A DNA stretch of 64,000 nucleotides from Flavobacteriaceae bacterium (GTDB taxonomy: Bacteria > Bacteroidota > Bacteroidia > Flavobacteriales > Flavobacteriaceae). The notes beneath the pieces are model-generated. The model worked only from the letters and a program-made list of their open reading frames with translations. It was not told the DNA's origin and did not search any database. This document shows positions 9,508-18,385 of the stretch, piece by piece. The position numbers were made by a program, and so were the translations under genes. How positions within the stretch are numbered: position 1 is the stretch's first letter; every line of letters starts with the position of its first letter. The DNA is taken from NCBI GenBank assembly GCA_034367065.1, contig JAXMLV010000054.1:32541-96540 (forward strand), given 5' to 3'.

Positions 9508-10527
9508 ATGATTGATCAAATAAGAAAATACGCAGAGGAAGTCTCCGCTTTCACCGCCCAAACAGCCGAAGAAGTCGAACAATTTCGCATTCGTTTTCTC
9601 GGGAAAAAGGGAATTTTCAACGATTTGTTTGAATACTTCAAAACCGTTCCGCCTGCCGAGAAGAAAGAATTTGGAAAAGTATTGAACGAACTCAAAAACC
9701 AGGTTCAAGACAAGATTCAAGCCTTGAAAGAACAAGGCTCAGGTTCCACCAAATCTTCCGCAACACAATCCGATTTGTCACGTCCCGGATATCCGGTTTC
9801 GCTCGGTGCGAGACACCCGATTTCATTGGTAAAAAATCAGATCATCGATGTTTTTTCCCGGGTCGGATTCAACGTTTCCGAAGGTCCGGAGATCGAAGAC
9901 GATTGGCACAATTTCACCGCGCTCAACCTGCCTGAATACCATCCGGCACGCGACATGCAGGATACCTTTTTCTTGCAAACAAATCCCGATGTTTTGCTTC
10001 GCACCCACACCTCATCCGTGCAAGTGCGGTACATGGAAAACAACAAACCGCCCATCCGAACCATTTCGCCGGGTCGCGTTTACAGAAACGAAGATATTTC
10101 TGCTCGTTCGCATTGCTTGTTTCACCAGGTCGAAGGACTTTATATCGACAAAGATGTTTCGTTTGCAGATCTCAAACAAACGCTGCTTTATTTCACCAAA
10201 GAGATGTTTGGCAAGTCTAAAATTCGCTTGCGACCGTCCTATTTTCCGTTCACCGAACCCAGCGCGGAAGTAGATATTTATTGGGGACTGAAAACCGAAA
10301 CCGACCATCGCATCACCAAAGGAACCGGTTGGCTCGAAATCATGGGTTGCGGGATGGTCGATCCGAATGTGCTCGAAAACTGTAAAATCGACCCGACTGT
10401 TTACGCCGGTTTTGCCTTTGGCATGGGCATCGAACGCATTGCCATGCTGCTCTACCAAATCGGCGATATCCGCATGTTCTACGAAAACGACGTGCGCATG
10501 CTCGACCAGTTTAAGTCTGCTTGGTAA
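9508..10527 (+). CDS. pheS: Phenylalanine--tRNA ligase alpha subunit
   Basis: The 339-aa ORF has class II aaRS motifs (...FRNE-like YRNEDISARSH..., GFAFGMGIERIAML). Confidence 0.95.
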   Translation: MIDQIRKYAEEVSAFTAQTAEEVEQFRIRFLGKKGIFNDLFEYFKTVPPAEKKEFGKVLNELKNQVQDKIQALKEQGSGSTKSSATQSDLSRPGYPVSLGARHPISLVKNQIIDVFSRVGFNVSEGPEIEDDWHNFTALNLPEYHPARDMQDTFFLQTNPDVLLRTHTSSVQVRYMENNKPPIRTISPGRVYRNEDISARSHCLFHQVEGLYIDKDVSFADLKQTLLYFTKEMFGKSKIRLRPSYFPFTEPSAEVDIYWGLKTETDHRITKGTGWLEIMGCGMVDPNVLENCKIDPTVYAGFAFGMGIERIAMLLYQIGDIRMFYENDVRMLDQFKSAW

Positions 10528-10541
10528 ATTTTCAGGAGCTT

Positions 10542-10614
10542 TTTCCCGCTATCCGCTCTATCTTTTTCCGCCGTTGGCAGAAAAAGGATGCCGCTGCTAT
10601 CGGGGCTAGGGAAA
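10542..10614. repeat. Imperfect long palindromic element downstream of pheS
   Basis: The left arm tttCCCGCTATCCGCTCTATCTTTTT and right arm AAAAAGGATGCCGCTGCTATCGGGGctagggaaa surround a 13-nt loop. The core stem is CTTTTTC/GAAAAAG. No T-run follows. Confidence 0.35.
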
Positions 10615-10881
10615 CGGTAATGGGCAATTTTTTAATTTCGTTATCATGGCTGAAAGAAATCAAAAGAATTGAAAGAATTGAAAAATATTCGGACGCTTCT
10701 TAGACTTTTATGCTGAGTTCCGAAGTTTCATTCTTCCTGAGTCCTGCTCCACTTTTCAACTTCTCATTTAAACACCGACACTCTTCCCTAAACTCTTTGT
10801 ATTTTTGGAAAAAACAAACCCATCAATCTCGCATCGCAACACAGCCGACTCATCAAAGCAGAAGCCAAACGCCTCGGTTTC

Positions 10882-11745
10882 TTGTCGTGCGGTATTTCCG
10901 AAGCAGGCTTTTTAGAAGCCGAAGCACCGCGGCTCGAAGATTGGCTCAAAAAAAACAGGCAGGGCGAAATGTCCTACATGGAAAACCATTTTGACAAACG
11001 CCTCGATCCGCGACTACTCGTGGACAATGCCCAATCGGTCATTTCCGTTTTGCTCAACTATTTTCCCGAGAAAACCCAAATTCAGGATGCCTACAAAATC
11101 TCAAAATACGCTTACGGCACAGACTACCATTTTGTGATAAAAGACAAACTCAAAGACTTGCTCGCCTTTATTCAAACAGAAATCGGTGAAGTCAACGGCC
11201 GGGCATTTGTCGATTCGGCACCGGTTTTAGACAAAGCTTGGGCAGCCAAAAGTGGACTTGGCTGGATTGGAAAACACAGCAATTTACTGAGTAAAAAAAC
11301 CGGCTCGTTCTACTTCATCGCCGAACTCATCGTCGATTTGCCATTGGCTTACGACACGCCTGACACCGACCACTGCGGGAGTTGCACCGCCTGCATCGAT
11401 GCCTGTCCTACCCAAGCCATCGTTGAGCCCTATGTGGTGGATGGCAGCAAATGTATTTCCTACTTCACCATCGAACTCAAGCATGAAATTCCGCCAACTG
11501 TGAAAGGAAAATTTGACGATTGGGTTTTCGGATGCGACGTTTGTCAGGATGTATGTCCGTGGAATCGGTTTTCCAAACCGCACCGCGAACCGCTTTTCAA
11601 CCCGAATCCTGATTTATTAGAAATGTCAAAGAAAGATTGGGAAGAAATCACCCAAGAAGTTTTCCAAAAAATATTTAAAAAATCAGCCGTCAAAAGAACT
11701 AAATTCGAAGGCTTAAAAAGGAATATCGAGTTTGTAAAAAAATGA
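10882..11745 (+). CDS. queG: Epoxyqueuosine reductase. The coordinates start at the first canonical start codon, but the true start may lie upstream, as far as about 10801.
   Basis: Two 4Fe-4S motifs are present ([23 protein letters not shown]). The conserved-looking N-terminal sequence continues upstream of TTG 10882 in the same frame. Confidence 0.85.
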   Translation: MSCGISEAGFLEAEAPRLEDWLKKNRQGEMSYMENHFDKRLDPRLLVDNAQSVISVLLNYFPEKTQIQDAYKISKYAYGTDYHFVIKDKLKDLLAFIQTEIGEVNGRAFVDSAPVLDKAWAAKSGLGWIGKHSNLLSKKTGSFYFIAELIVDLPLAYDTPDTDHCGSCTACIDACPTQAIVEPYVVDGSKCISYFTIELKHEIPPTVKGKFDDWVFGCDVCQDVCPWNRFSKPHREPLFNPNPDLLEMSKKDWEEITQEVFQKIFKKSAVKRTKFEGLKRNIEFVKK

Positions 11746-11873
11746 GGATTGAAACGAAGTCCATTTGAATAAGAAGATAAAGCCAAACCTGTTGGGTGCA
11801 ATTATTGTAAATGTCGGTTTGCTACATGCATGGAAAACGAGACTAATAACGACAGAACACGACATATAATCCT

Positions 11874-11881
11874 TAAATTTG
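11874..11881 (+). promoter_or_regulatory. Bacteroidota -7 promoter element for the R-M operon
   Basis: TAAATTTG lies 20 nt upstream of ATG 11902. Confidence 0.45.
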
Positions 11882-11901
11882 AAGCTAAATTTTAAAAAAT
11901 T

Positions 11902-12738
11902 ATGAGTAAGAAAAAACGAATAGGTGAAGCAATAAAGGGTGTAGTAACGACAATGATGGACAGAGTAATGAATAATGTCCTCATAAACGACCCTTTTATA
12001 AAAGAGCAACACCATTCGGCTAAACCTCTTTACGCAGCATTAGTACCCGATGAAATATTTAAAGGTTCACATTTCGAAAGAAGATTTGTAACACCTTTTG
12101 GTGGCGTTTGGGAAAAACTTGCTCAAGTTGTTGCTTTAGAGGCACACGGACATTGCTCAATGGGACATAAAATTGACGGAGTTATTGGAAGTGAAAGTTT
12201 AAGAAGAATCCAAGAGGTTTTAAATAGTTTAGAGACCAAAACAAAAGGCAAGGAAAAGGCAAAACCTGATTGGTCTAAAGAACTTGAATACATACAAAAA
12301 GGTGAAGGAAAACCAATTCCTGTAAGTGTTACTTGCGACATTTTTATCCACAATCAAACTACAAACGCTAAGTACGCTTTTGAATTAAAAGCACCCTTGC
12401 CGAATAGTGACCAAACTAAAGTAAGCAAAGAGAAAATGTTTAAACTATTGGCAATGAATCCAAAACAAGTGGATTTTGCCTATTATGCCCTTGCTTACAA
12501 TCCATACGGCAAAAAATCTGACTATAAATGGACTTTTCCAATGAGATGGTTCAATATGCACGAAGATGAATCAGTGCTTATAGGGAATGAGTTTTGGGAT
12601 TTAATTGGAGGTCCAGGCACTTACAAAACATTTATTTCAGAAGTAAACAAACTTGGTAAAGAATATCGAGAAAGAATTTACAGAGAGTTTTTAGAAATTG
12701 AACCACCTGAAAATATTAATGACGAACTCTTAAAATAG
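11902..12738 (+). CDS. Type II restriction endonuclease, PD-(D/E)XK type (resembles the TdeIII family as far as I recall)
   Basis: The 278-aa ORF contains ...TCDIFIHNQTTNAKYAFELKAP..., which gives a D-x13-E-x-K nuclease motif. It ends 5 nt before an m5C methyltransferase gene on the same strand. Confidence 0.6.
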   Translation: MSKKKRIGEAIKGVVTTMMDRVMNNVLINDPFIKEQHHSAKPLYAALVPDEIFKGSHFERRFVTPFGGVWEKLAQVVALEAHGHCSMGHKIDGVIGSESLRRIQEVLNSLETKTKGKEKAKPDWSKELEYIQKGEGKPIPVSVTCDIFIHNQTTNAKYAFELKAPLPNSDQTKVSKEKMFKLLAMNPKQVDFAYYALAYNPYGKKSDYKWTFPMRWFNMHEDESVLIGNEFWDLIGGPGTYKTFISEVNKLGKEYRERIYREFLEIEPPENINDELLK

Positions 12739-12743
12739 GAAAT

Positions 12744-14282
12744 ATGAAGAATATAAAATTTACCTTCATTGACCTTTTTGCAGGGATTGGAGGTTTCAGA
12801 AAGGCAATGGCAGATAATAGCGGTAAATGCTTATACTTTAGCGAAATCAATAATGATGCAATAAATACTTATTGTGTAAACTCAAATGAACCTATAGAAA
12901 AGAATTTAGGAGACATTACAAAAATCAAATCTTTGCCTTCGCATAACTTATTGACCGCAGGAGTACCTTGTCAAAGTTGGTCAATTGCAGGTAAAAATTT
13001 AGGATTTGATGACGACCGTGGACAACTTTGGAATGACACCATTTTCTTACTGAATCAATCGAGACCTGATGCTTTTATTTTTGAAAATGTTAAGGGTTTG
13101 GTTGACCCTAGGAATAAAAAAGCATTGACACACATTCTTGAAAGAATAAAAGAAGCAGGTTACTATGCAAAATATTACGTTCTTAATTCTTTCGATTATG
13201 GTGTTCCTCAAAATAGAATTCGGATTTACATAATCGGATTTAAAGACCCAAAAGTTGCAGATGCGTTTAGACTTCCTAAACCAATTGACGACAAAGTAAA
13301 GTTGGCTGATATTCTAAATGATTTTACAGAAAAAATAGAAGAAGAGGACATTCAACTTCCGAGAGATTTATTTGGATACATCATTACTCAAAAGAGTATG
13401 AGTCTATCAACAAGCAATGGATTGAATGATTATTTCCTTTTTAACGATTTAAGAAATGGACATTCAACGATACATTCTTGGGATATTAAGGAAACAACCG
13501 AGAGACAAAAGGATATTTGTTATTTATTACTCAAGAACAGACGCAAAAGTGCTTATGGTTGTTTAGATGGCAATCCTTTGTCTTTAAAACATTTTCAAGG
13601 ATTAGACAAGTCAATTTCTAAAAACGAACTTGAAGAATTGGTTGATTTAGAGATTTTAAAAAAAGTAGATTATGCTTTTAAAATTAATCCCGACAAACTT
13701 GAAAATCTTGACGAGGAAGAACAGAGACTTTTAGAAAAGTGTAAAGGAGATATTTTAATAATTGACGAATTAAAAACAAGTCGAGAATTAAAATTGAAAA
13801 AAATATCAATAGCAAAGACCATAGAAACACTATTGGAAAAAGGAGTTATAGAGTTGTTTGAATCAAGATATGACTTCAAAAACACCAAAATTAGTACAGG
13901 ACTTTACGGAGTGAACAGAATTTTTCTTCCGAGTTCTAATATTTTCCCTACTCTAGTGGCAAGCGACACAAACGATTTTGTTACAACCCAAATAATTAAA
14001 GCAAAAAACGAAACTGAACACAAAAAAGAATTTATAGACAAGGTTTACAAAAAAGAGAATTACAGAAGAATCACAAAAGAAGAAGCCTGTTTAATTCAAG
14101 GTTTCCCTAAAGACTACATTCTTCCGGATAGTAGAGCAAGGTGGATGAAACTAATTGGAAATAGTGTTTCTGTTCCAGTTATAGATATACTTGTAAAAGC
14201 AATAATTGAAACAGGAGTATTTGACAAAGTAGAGACCGAGAAAAAAACAGTAGAGACAATCAAAAAGAAGGTTCGTGTATAG
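12744..14282 (+). CDS. DNA (cytosine-5)-methyltransferase with an unusually long variable region
   Basis: The motifs present are I (FIDLFAGIGGF), IV (GVPCQSWS), VI (ENVKGL), VIII (QNRIRIYIIGF), IX (RRITKEEACLIQGFP) and X (GNSVSVPVI). About 270 aa separate motifs VIII and IX. Confidence 0.9.
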   Translation: MKNIKFTFIDLFAGIGGFRKAMADNSGKCLYFSEINNDAINTYCVNSNEPIEKNLGDITKIKSLPSHNLLTAGVPCQSWSIAGKNLGFDDDRGQLWNDTIFLLNQSRPDAFIFENVKGLVDPRNKKALTHILERIKEAGYYAKYYVLNSFDYGVPQNRIRIYIIGFKDPKVADAFRLPKPIDDKVKLADILNDFTEKIEEEDIQLPRDLFGYIITQKSMSLSTSNGLNDYFLFNDLRNGHSTIHSWDIKETTERQKDICYLLLKNRRKSAYGCLDGNPLSLKHFQGLDKSISKNELEELVDLEILKKVDYAFKINPDKLENLDEEEQRLLEKCKGDILIIDELKTSRELKLKKISIAKTIETLLEKGVIELFESRYDFKNTKISTGLYGVNRIFLPSSNIFPTLVASDTNDFVTTQIIKAKNETEHKKEFIDKVYKKENYRRITKEEACLIQGFPKDYILPDSRARWMKLIGNSVSVPVIDILVKAIIETGVFDKVETEKKTVETIKKKVRV

Positions 14283-14381
14283 TAGAACATGATAAACCCC
14301 ACAAAACTTCTCGATACGCTTCGCTATTCGAAGTGACGAAGAATTGTAAAACAATGTCAAATAACCCGTTTTTTTACTGTC

Positions 14382-15467
14382 ATGGAAACCGAAACCCTTC
14401 CCGCCCGAAAAATCATACACATCGATATGGATGCTTTTTTTGCTTCGGTTGAGCAGTTGGACAATCCCGAACTCAGGGGAAAGCCGATTGCTGTTGGTGG
14501 TGGTGAATTGCGCGGTGTGGTAGCGGCAGCGAGTTATGAAGCACGAAAATTCGGTGTGCGAAGTGCAATTTCGGGTCGGTTGGCCAAAGAATTGTGTCCC
14601 GATTTGATTTTCGTCAAACCACGGTTTGAACGGTACAAAGAAATCTCTCAGACCATCCGAAAAATCTTTTTTGAATACACCGATTTGGTGGAGCCACTTT
14701 CATTAGACGAAGCCTATTTGGATGTCACCCAAAACAAAAAAGGCAATCCAAGTGCATCGCTTTTGGCAACGGAAATTAGGCAACGCATCTTTTCTGGCAC
14801 AGGATTGGCGGCTTCCGCGGGAATTTCCATCAACAAGTTTTTGGCGAAAGTGGCGAGCGACATCAACAAACCCAACGGTCAGAAAACCATTCCGCCGGAC
14901 GAGGTCGAAAGTTTTTTGGAAAATCTTCCCATTCAAAAGTTTTACGGCATCGGAAAAGTCACGGCAGAAAAAATGTTTGGTTTTGGCATTTTTGAAGGAC
15001 GGCATCTCAAAGAAAAACCGCTGGATTTTTTGGTGAAACATTTTGGAAAGTCGGGTGCGCACTATTATCACATTGTCCGAGGCGTTCACAAGAGTGAAGT
15101 AAAACCCAACCGCATCAGAAAATCGGTCGGGGCAGAGCGCACATTTTTCGAGAATCTGACCTCTGAACTTTTTATGGTTGAGCAACTCCAGAAAATCTGT
15201 GAATCGTTGTCAAAATCACTTCAAAAAAGTAAGATTTCCGGCAAAACCATCACACTAAAAATTAAATACAGCGATTTTTCGGTGCATACGCGCAGCAAAA
15301 CCTTGCCCTATTTTATCGCCGACAACCTATTGATTTTAGAAACCGCCAAAGAGTTGCTCTATCAAGAAAAACTAGAAAATTCGGTGCGATTACTCGGCAT
15401 TTCGCTGTCTAATTTGAATACAGAAAAAAAGGAAAAGGTGTCTGTTCAGTTGAAATTTGATTTTTGA
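14382..15467 (+). CDS. dinB: DNA polymerase IV (Y-family)
   Basis: The ORF has IIHIDMDAFFASVEQ near the N-terminus and SLDEAYLDV, and is 361 aa long. Confidence 0.9.
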   Translation: METETLPARKIIHIDMDAFFASVEQLDNPELRGKPIAVGGGELRGVVAAASYEARKFGVRSAISGRLAKELCPDLIFVKPRFERYKEISQTIRKIFFEYTDLVEPLSLDEAYLDVTQNKKGNPSASLLATEIRQRIFSGTGLAASAGISINKFLAKVASDINKPNGQKTIPPDEVESFLENLPIQKFYGIGKVTAEKMFGFGIFEGRHLKEKPLDFLVKHFGKSGAHYYHIVRGVHKSEVKPNRIRKSVGAERTFFENLTSELFMVEQLQKICESLSKSLQKSKISGKTITLKIKYSDFSVHTRSKTLPYFIADNLLILETAKELLYQEKLENSVRLLGISLSNLNTEKKEKVSVQLKFDF

Positions 15468-15554
15468 AATGGCGCCGGCAAGATTACTCAAAAAAGTTTA
15501 TCGCCATTGTATTAAAGAAACAAAAGGATTGTCAAACTACAATCACTTGGGTTT

Positions 15555-15689
15555 CTAATGCAAAATCACTTTCTTTTTCAATAACCAACTCCCATGCTTG
15601 GGCGTAAAAACAAATTCAAAGCTATCCCAAAGTCTTTTCGCATCTTCCGGCGCAAATGTTTCATAGAATACCGATGGAAGAAGAAAATT
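15555..15689 (-). pseudogene. Degenerate relic of an IS630-family transposase C-terminus
   Basis: The minus-strand translation NFLLPSVFYETFAPEDAKRLWDSFEFVFTPKHGSWLLKKKVILH is bounded by stops. It matches the remembered IS630 block ...LYE.F....A......F..HYTPKHGSWLN.AE.E. Confidence 0.55.
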
Positions 15690-15810
15690 TTAACGAAAAT
15701 GAATTTCTAAAACACTTTGATTCCGATAGTAATTTTATTGAGCGACTACTTGAGTTCGACAATGAGGGTGGTGATAAAACATGATTATCGCTATATTGAG
15801 TCCTGAATTT

Positions 15811-16539
15811 CTATTCCTTCTGAAAGGCTTCTTTGTAAACAGACCAGATTTCGTATATAGAATCGCCCTTGGAGCTTTTGCCTTTGTGATGCCATTCTCC
15901 GTCTTTCACCTCAAATTCAAATTTCAAACTTGCTCCGACACGGTTAGCATCTCTTGAAAAAAAAGTTATGTTTTCTGTATAAATTCCGTTAATAGCTGTG
16001 TAAATTCCACCACCGGTGCCGTTGAATGTTTTGGCGACTGAATTGAAAGCTACCCACTGAAAGCGTTCGCCGCTCAATATTTTGATGGTTCGTCGGTCGC
16101 CAGGTGTATTGTGACTTACCCCTCCGTCTCGCATCCTTCCTGTTATGACCCAATTGTGAGTCAGCGAATCTCTGTTGGAGGAAATTCTTTTCCAAATTGT
16201 GCGTGAAACGTCATCAGTTAACGTCAAATGATCTTCGATTAATTCTGCTGAAAAAGAAATGGTTTTACCTATTCTTTCAGGTGTTTGGGTGTCAAAATCA
16301 CGGATTTCAGTATATGTATTTCCTGATAGTTTGTAGGTACCGCCTGCTGCGTTTAAAAAAGCATTGCTTTTTGTTTCTTTCGCGCCAAAAGCGAAATAAT
16401 CATCCTGGTAAATGGCGATTACTTCATGGTCACTAACGGGTTCGCCATTGAGTTGGGTGAGTTGCCAAGCACCGTCTAACGATTGGGCGTAAGCAGTAGT
16501 CAATATCAGATTAATCAAAAGTATAAAAACTGTTTTCAT
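15811..16539 (-). CDS. Secreted protein with two tandem lipocalin-like repeats, function unknown
   Basis: It has a signal peptide (MKTVFILLINLILTTAYAQ). Two similar halves of about 100 aa each contain ...GG(T/I)YxxxGNxYTE(I/N)... and W(Q/V)L/IT motifs. Confidence 0.55.
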   Translation of the reverse strand: MKTVFILLINLILTTAYAQSLDGAWQLTQLNGEPVSDHEVIAIYQDDYFAFGAKETKSNAFLNAAGGTYKLSGNTYTEIRDFDTQTPERIGKTISFSAELIEDHLTLTDDVSRTIWKRISSNRDSLTHNWVITGRMRDGGVSHNTPGDRRTIKILSGERFQWVAFNSVAKTFNGTGGGIYTAINGIYTENITFFSRDANRVGASLKFEFEVKDGEWHHKGKSSKGDSIYEIWSVYKEAFQKE

Positions 16540-16663
16540 CGAGCTATCGAATTAATTTGTAGCAAGTTACCTGAATTTTGTAAAATTGAAAAGATTTTCA
16601 ATTAATTTTAACTTGAACTTGCAATTGTTTGAAGCACTTTAAAAATCCGTCGATGAAATTGAT

Positions 16664-17725
16664 TTATGGATTGTATCTTTCTGATGTATTCTTGGATAGT
16701 TTTTTGAGCGGATTTTGAGTGTCAGTTTGATGGTTACTACGATTGCGAAAAACGTCGATTGCTGTATAGACTGCTTGACGGAAAGAACCCGGATCCGCGA
16801 GATTTTTCCCGGCTATGTCAAATCCGGTACCGTGATCGGGGGAAGTCCGGATATGAGACAATCCCGCCGTAAAATTAACGCCCCCGCCAAACGCCAAGGT
16901 TTTAAAAGGCACCAATCCTTGGTCGTGATAAGCCGCCAAGATACCGTCAAAGTTTTTGTAATTGCCCGACCCAAAAAAGCTATCTGCTGCGTACGGTCCG
17001 TAAATCAGTATTTTGTCAGATTTGAATTGTTGAATGACGGGTATAAGAAGGGTGTCGTCTTCCTGCCCAATGACGCCGTTGTCGCCGCAATGCGGATTGA
17101 TACCGAGTAAAGCAATCTTTGGTTTGCTAATACCGAAATCCGTTTGTAACGAATGGATAAGCAAGCGTATTTTCTTTTTAATCAGTTCCTCGTTGAGGTG
17201 ATTCGCTACCTCACTCACAGGAACGTGATCTGTAAGAAGTCCCACGCGCAATTTTTCGCTCACCATCAGCATCAGGCTCTCTCCAGCTAATTCCTTGGCT
17301 AAATAGTCAGTATGACCGGGAAAATTAAATTCTTCAGAGTGAATCGTGTGCTTGTTGATTGGAGCTGTTACCAACACATCAATCGTGCCTTCTTTCAGCG
17401 CTTTGGTTGCTTCTCGGAGCGATTGAAATGCCAATTTTCCGATTTCAAAATCTGCTTTACCAAATTCAATTTCGGGTGTTTCTTTCCAAAGATTGACAAC
17501 ATTTATTTTACCTTCTAAAGCATCTTTTGGATGATTGATACCGTAGAAAAGTTGCTGAAAATCAAAATGTTTTTTTATAAAAGAAAGTGTTTTGGTCGAT
17601 GCGAAAATCACCGGCGTACACAAATCGAGCATCATAGATTCCTCGAATGTTTTGAGAATGACCTCCGTGCCAATTCCATTGAGGTCACCCACGGAAATTC
17701 CTACTTTGATTTTTTCGTTACTCAT
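16664..17725 (-). CDS. pdxA: 4-hydroxythreonine-4-phosphate dehydrogenase
   Basis: The motifs GINPHCGDNG and TSPDHGT are present. I chose the start at MSNEKIKVGISVGD (ATG 17725) rather than the longer ORF (17827), which would overlap ribE. Confidence 0.85.
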   Translation of the reverse strand: MSNEKIKVGISVGDLNGIGTEVILKTFEESMMLDLCTPVIFASTKTLSFIKKHFDFQQLFYGINHPKDALEGKINVVNLWKETPEIEFGKADFEIGKLAFQSLREATKALKEGTIDVLVTAPINKHTIHSEEFNFPGHTDYLAKELAGESLMLMVSEKLRVGLLTDHVPVSEVANHLNEELIKKKIRLLIHSLQTDFGISKPKIALLGINPHCGDNGVIGQEDDTLLIPVIQQFKSDKILIYGPYAADSFFGSGNYKNFDGILAAYHDQGLVPFKTLAFGGGVNFTAGLSHIRTSPDHGTGFDIAGKNLADPGSFRQAVYTAIDVFRNRSNHQTDTQNPLKKLSKNTSERYNP

Positions 17726-17788
17726 GGTCTGCAAACGCTTTAGTATTCTTATCTTTGATGCTACAAATGTAATTAATAAATCCTGACA

Positions 17789-18385
17789 ATGTTTACCGGT
17801 ATTATCGAGTGTATAGGAATCGTTCATTCCTTAGAAAAAGAACAAAGCAACTTGGTTATCACCATTGAAAGTTCCATCTCAAACGAATTAAAAATCGATC
17901 AAAGTTTGGCGCACAACGGTGTTTGCTTGACCGTGACCTCTTTTGACAAAGCAAAAAACACCCACACCGTAGTAGCCATAGAAGAAACGTTGAACAAATC
18001 GAATCTTAAAAACATTCGAGTAGGCGAATTAATTAACTTGGAAAGAGCCATGAGACTCGGCGATCGATTGGACGGGCACATCGTGCAAGGACATGTTGAC
18101 CAAACGGCCGTTTGTGTTAAAGCCGATGCGCATGACGGAAGTTGGATTTTTGGTTTTGAGTACGATGCAAAACTTCAAAATATAACCATCGAAAAAGGTT
18201 CAATTACGCTCAATGGAGTAAGTCTTACAGTGGTCAACTCCGGGGATAATAGCTTTGAAGTAGCTATTATCCCTTTTACATTAGAACATACCAATTTCAA
18301 TTCTCTGAAAAAAGGAGATTTGGTAAATTTAGAATTTGATGTAATTGGGAAATATGTGACTAAACTCTTGAAAACGCGGTCTTGA
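17789..18385 (+). CDS. ribE: Riboflavin synthase
   Basis: The 198-aa ORF starts MFTGIIE and has a duplicated lumazine-binding repeat (GVCLTV / GVSLTV). Confidence 0.9.
   Translation: MFTGIIECIGIVHSLEKEQSNLVITIESSISNELKIDQSLAHNGVCLTVTSFDKAKNTHTVVAIEETLNKSNLKNIRVGELINLERAMRLGDRLDGHIVQGHVDQTAVCVKADAHDGSWIFGFEYDAKLQNITIEKGSITLNGVSLTVVNSGDNSFEVAIIPFTLEHTNFNSLKKGDLVNLEFDVIGKYVTKLLKTRS

Noticed and set aside
10367-10994. ORFs 10367-10609, 10521-10703 and 10710-10994 in the pheS-queG spacer
   Set aside because: They overlap the pheS 3' end, the palindromic element or the queG 5' region in other frames. Their translations are Arg/Ser/Gln-rich low complexity, and the third is the off-frame reading of the queG N-terminus.
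14322-14348. CGATACGCTTCGCTATTCGAAGTGACG mini-hairpin between the methyltransferase and dinB, compared with GTCCTGAGCGAAGTCGAAGG near the tRNA repeat, as a possible shared REP family
   Set aside because: The two share only a CGAAGT core. The similarity is too weak to claim a repeat family without a genome-wide count.
15674-15784. 36-aa acidic ORF (MEEENFNENEFLKHFDSDSNFIERLLEFDNEGGDKT) in the dinB downstream spacer
   Set aside because: It is short, has no promoter motif, and overlaps the decayed IS630 relic region. It is most likely a chance ORF in degenerate mobile-element DNA.
16664-17827. Longest-ORF start of pdxA (387 aa) overlapping ribE
   Set aside because: The N-terminal 34 residues are non-conserved-looking and would overlap the divergent ribE start. 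The internal ATG at 17725 gives the canonical MSNEKIKVGISVGD N-terminus.
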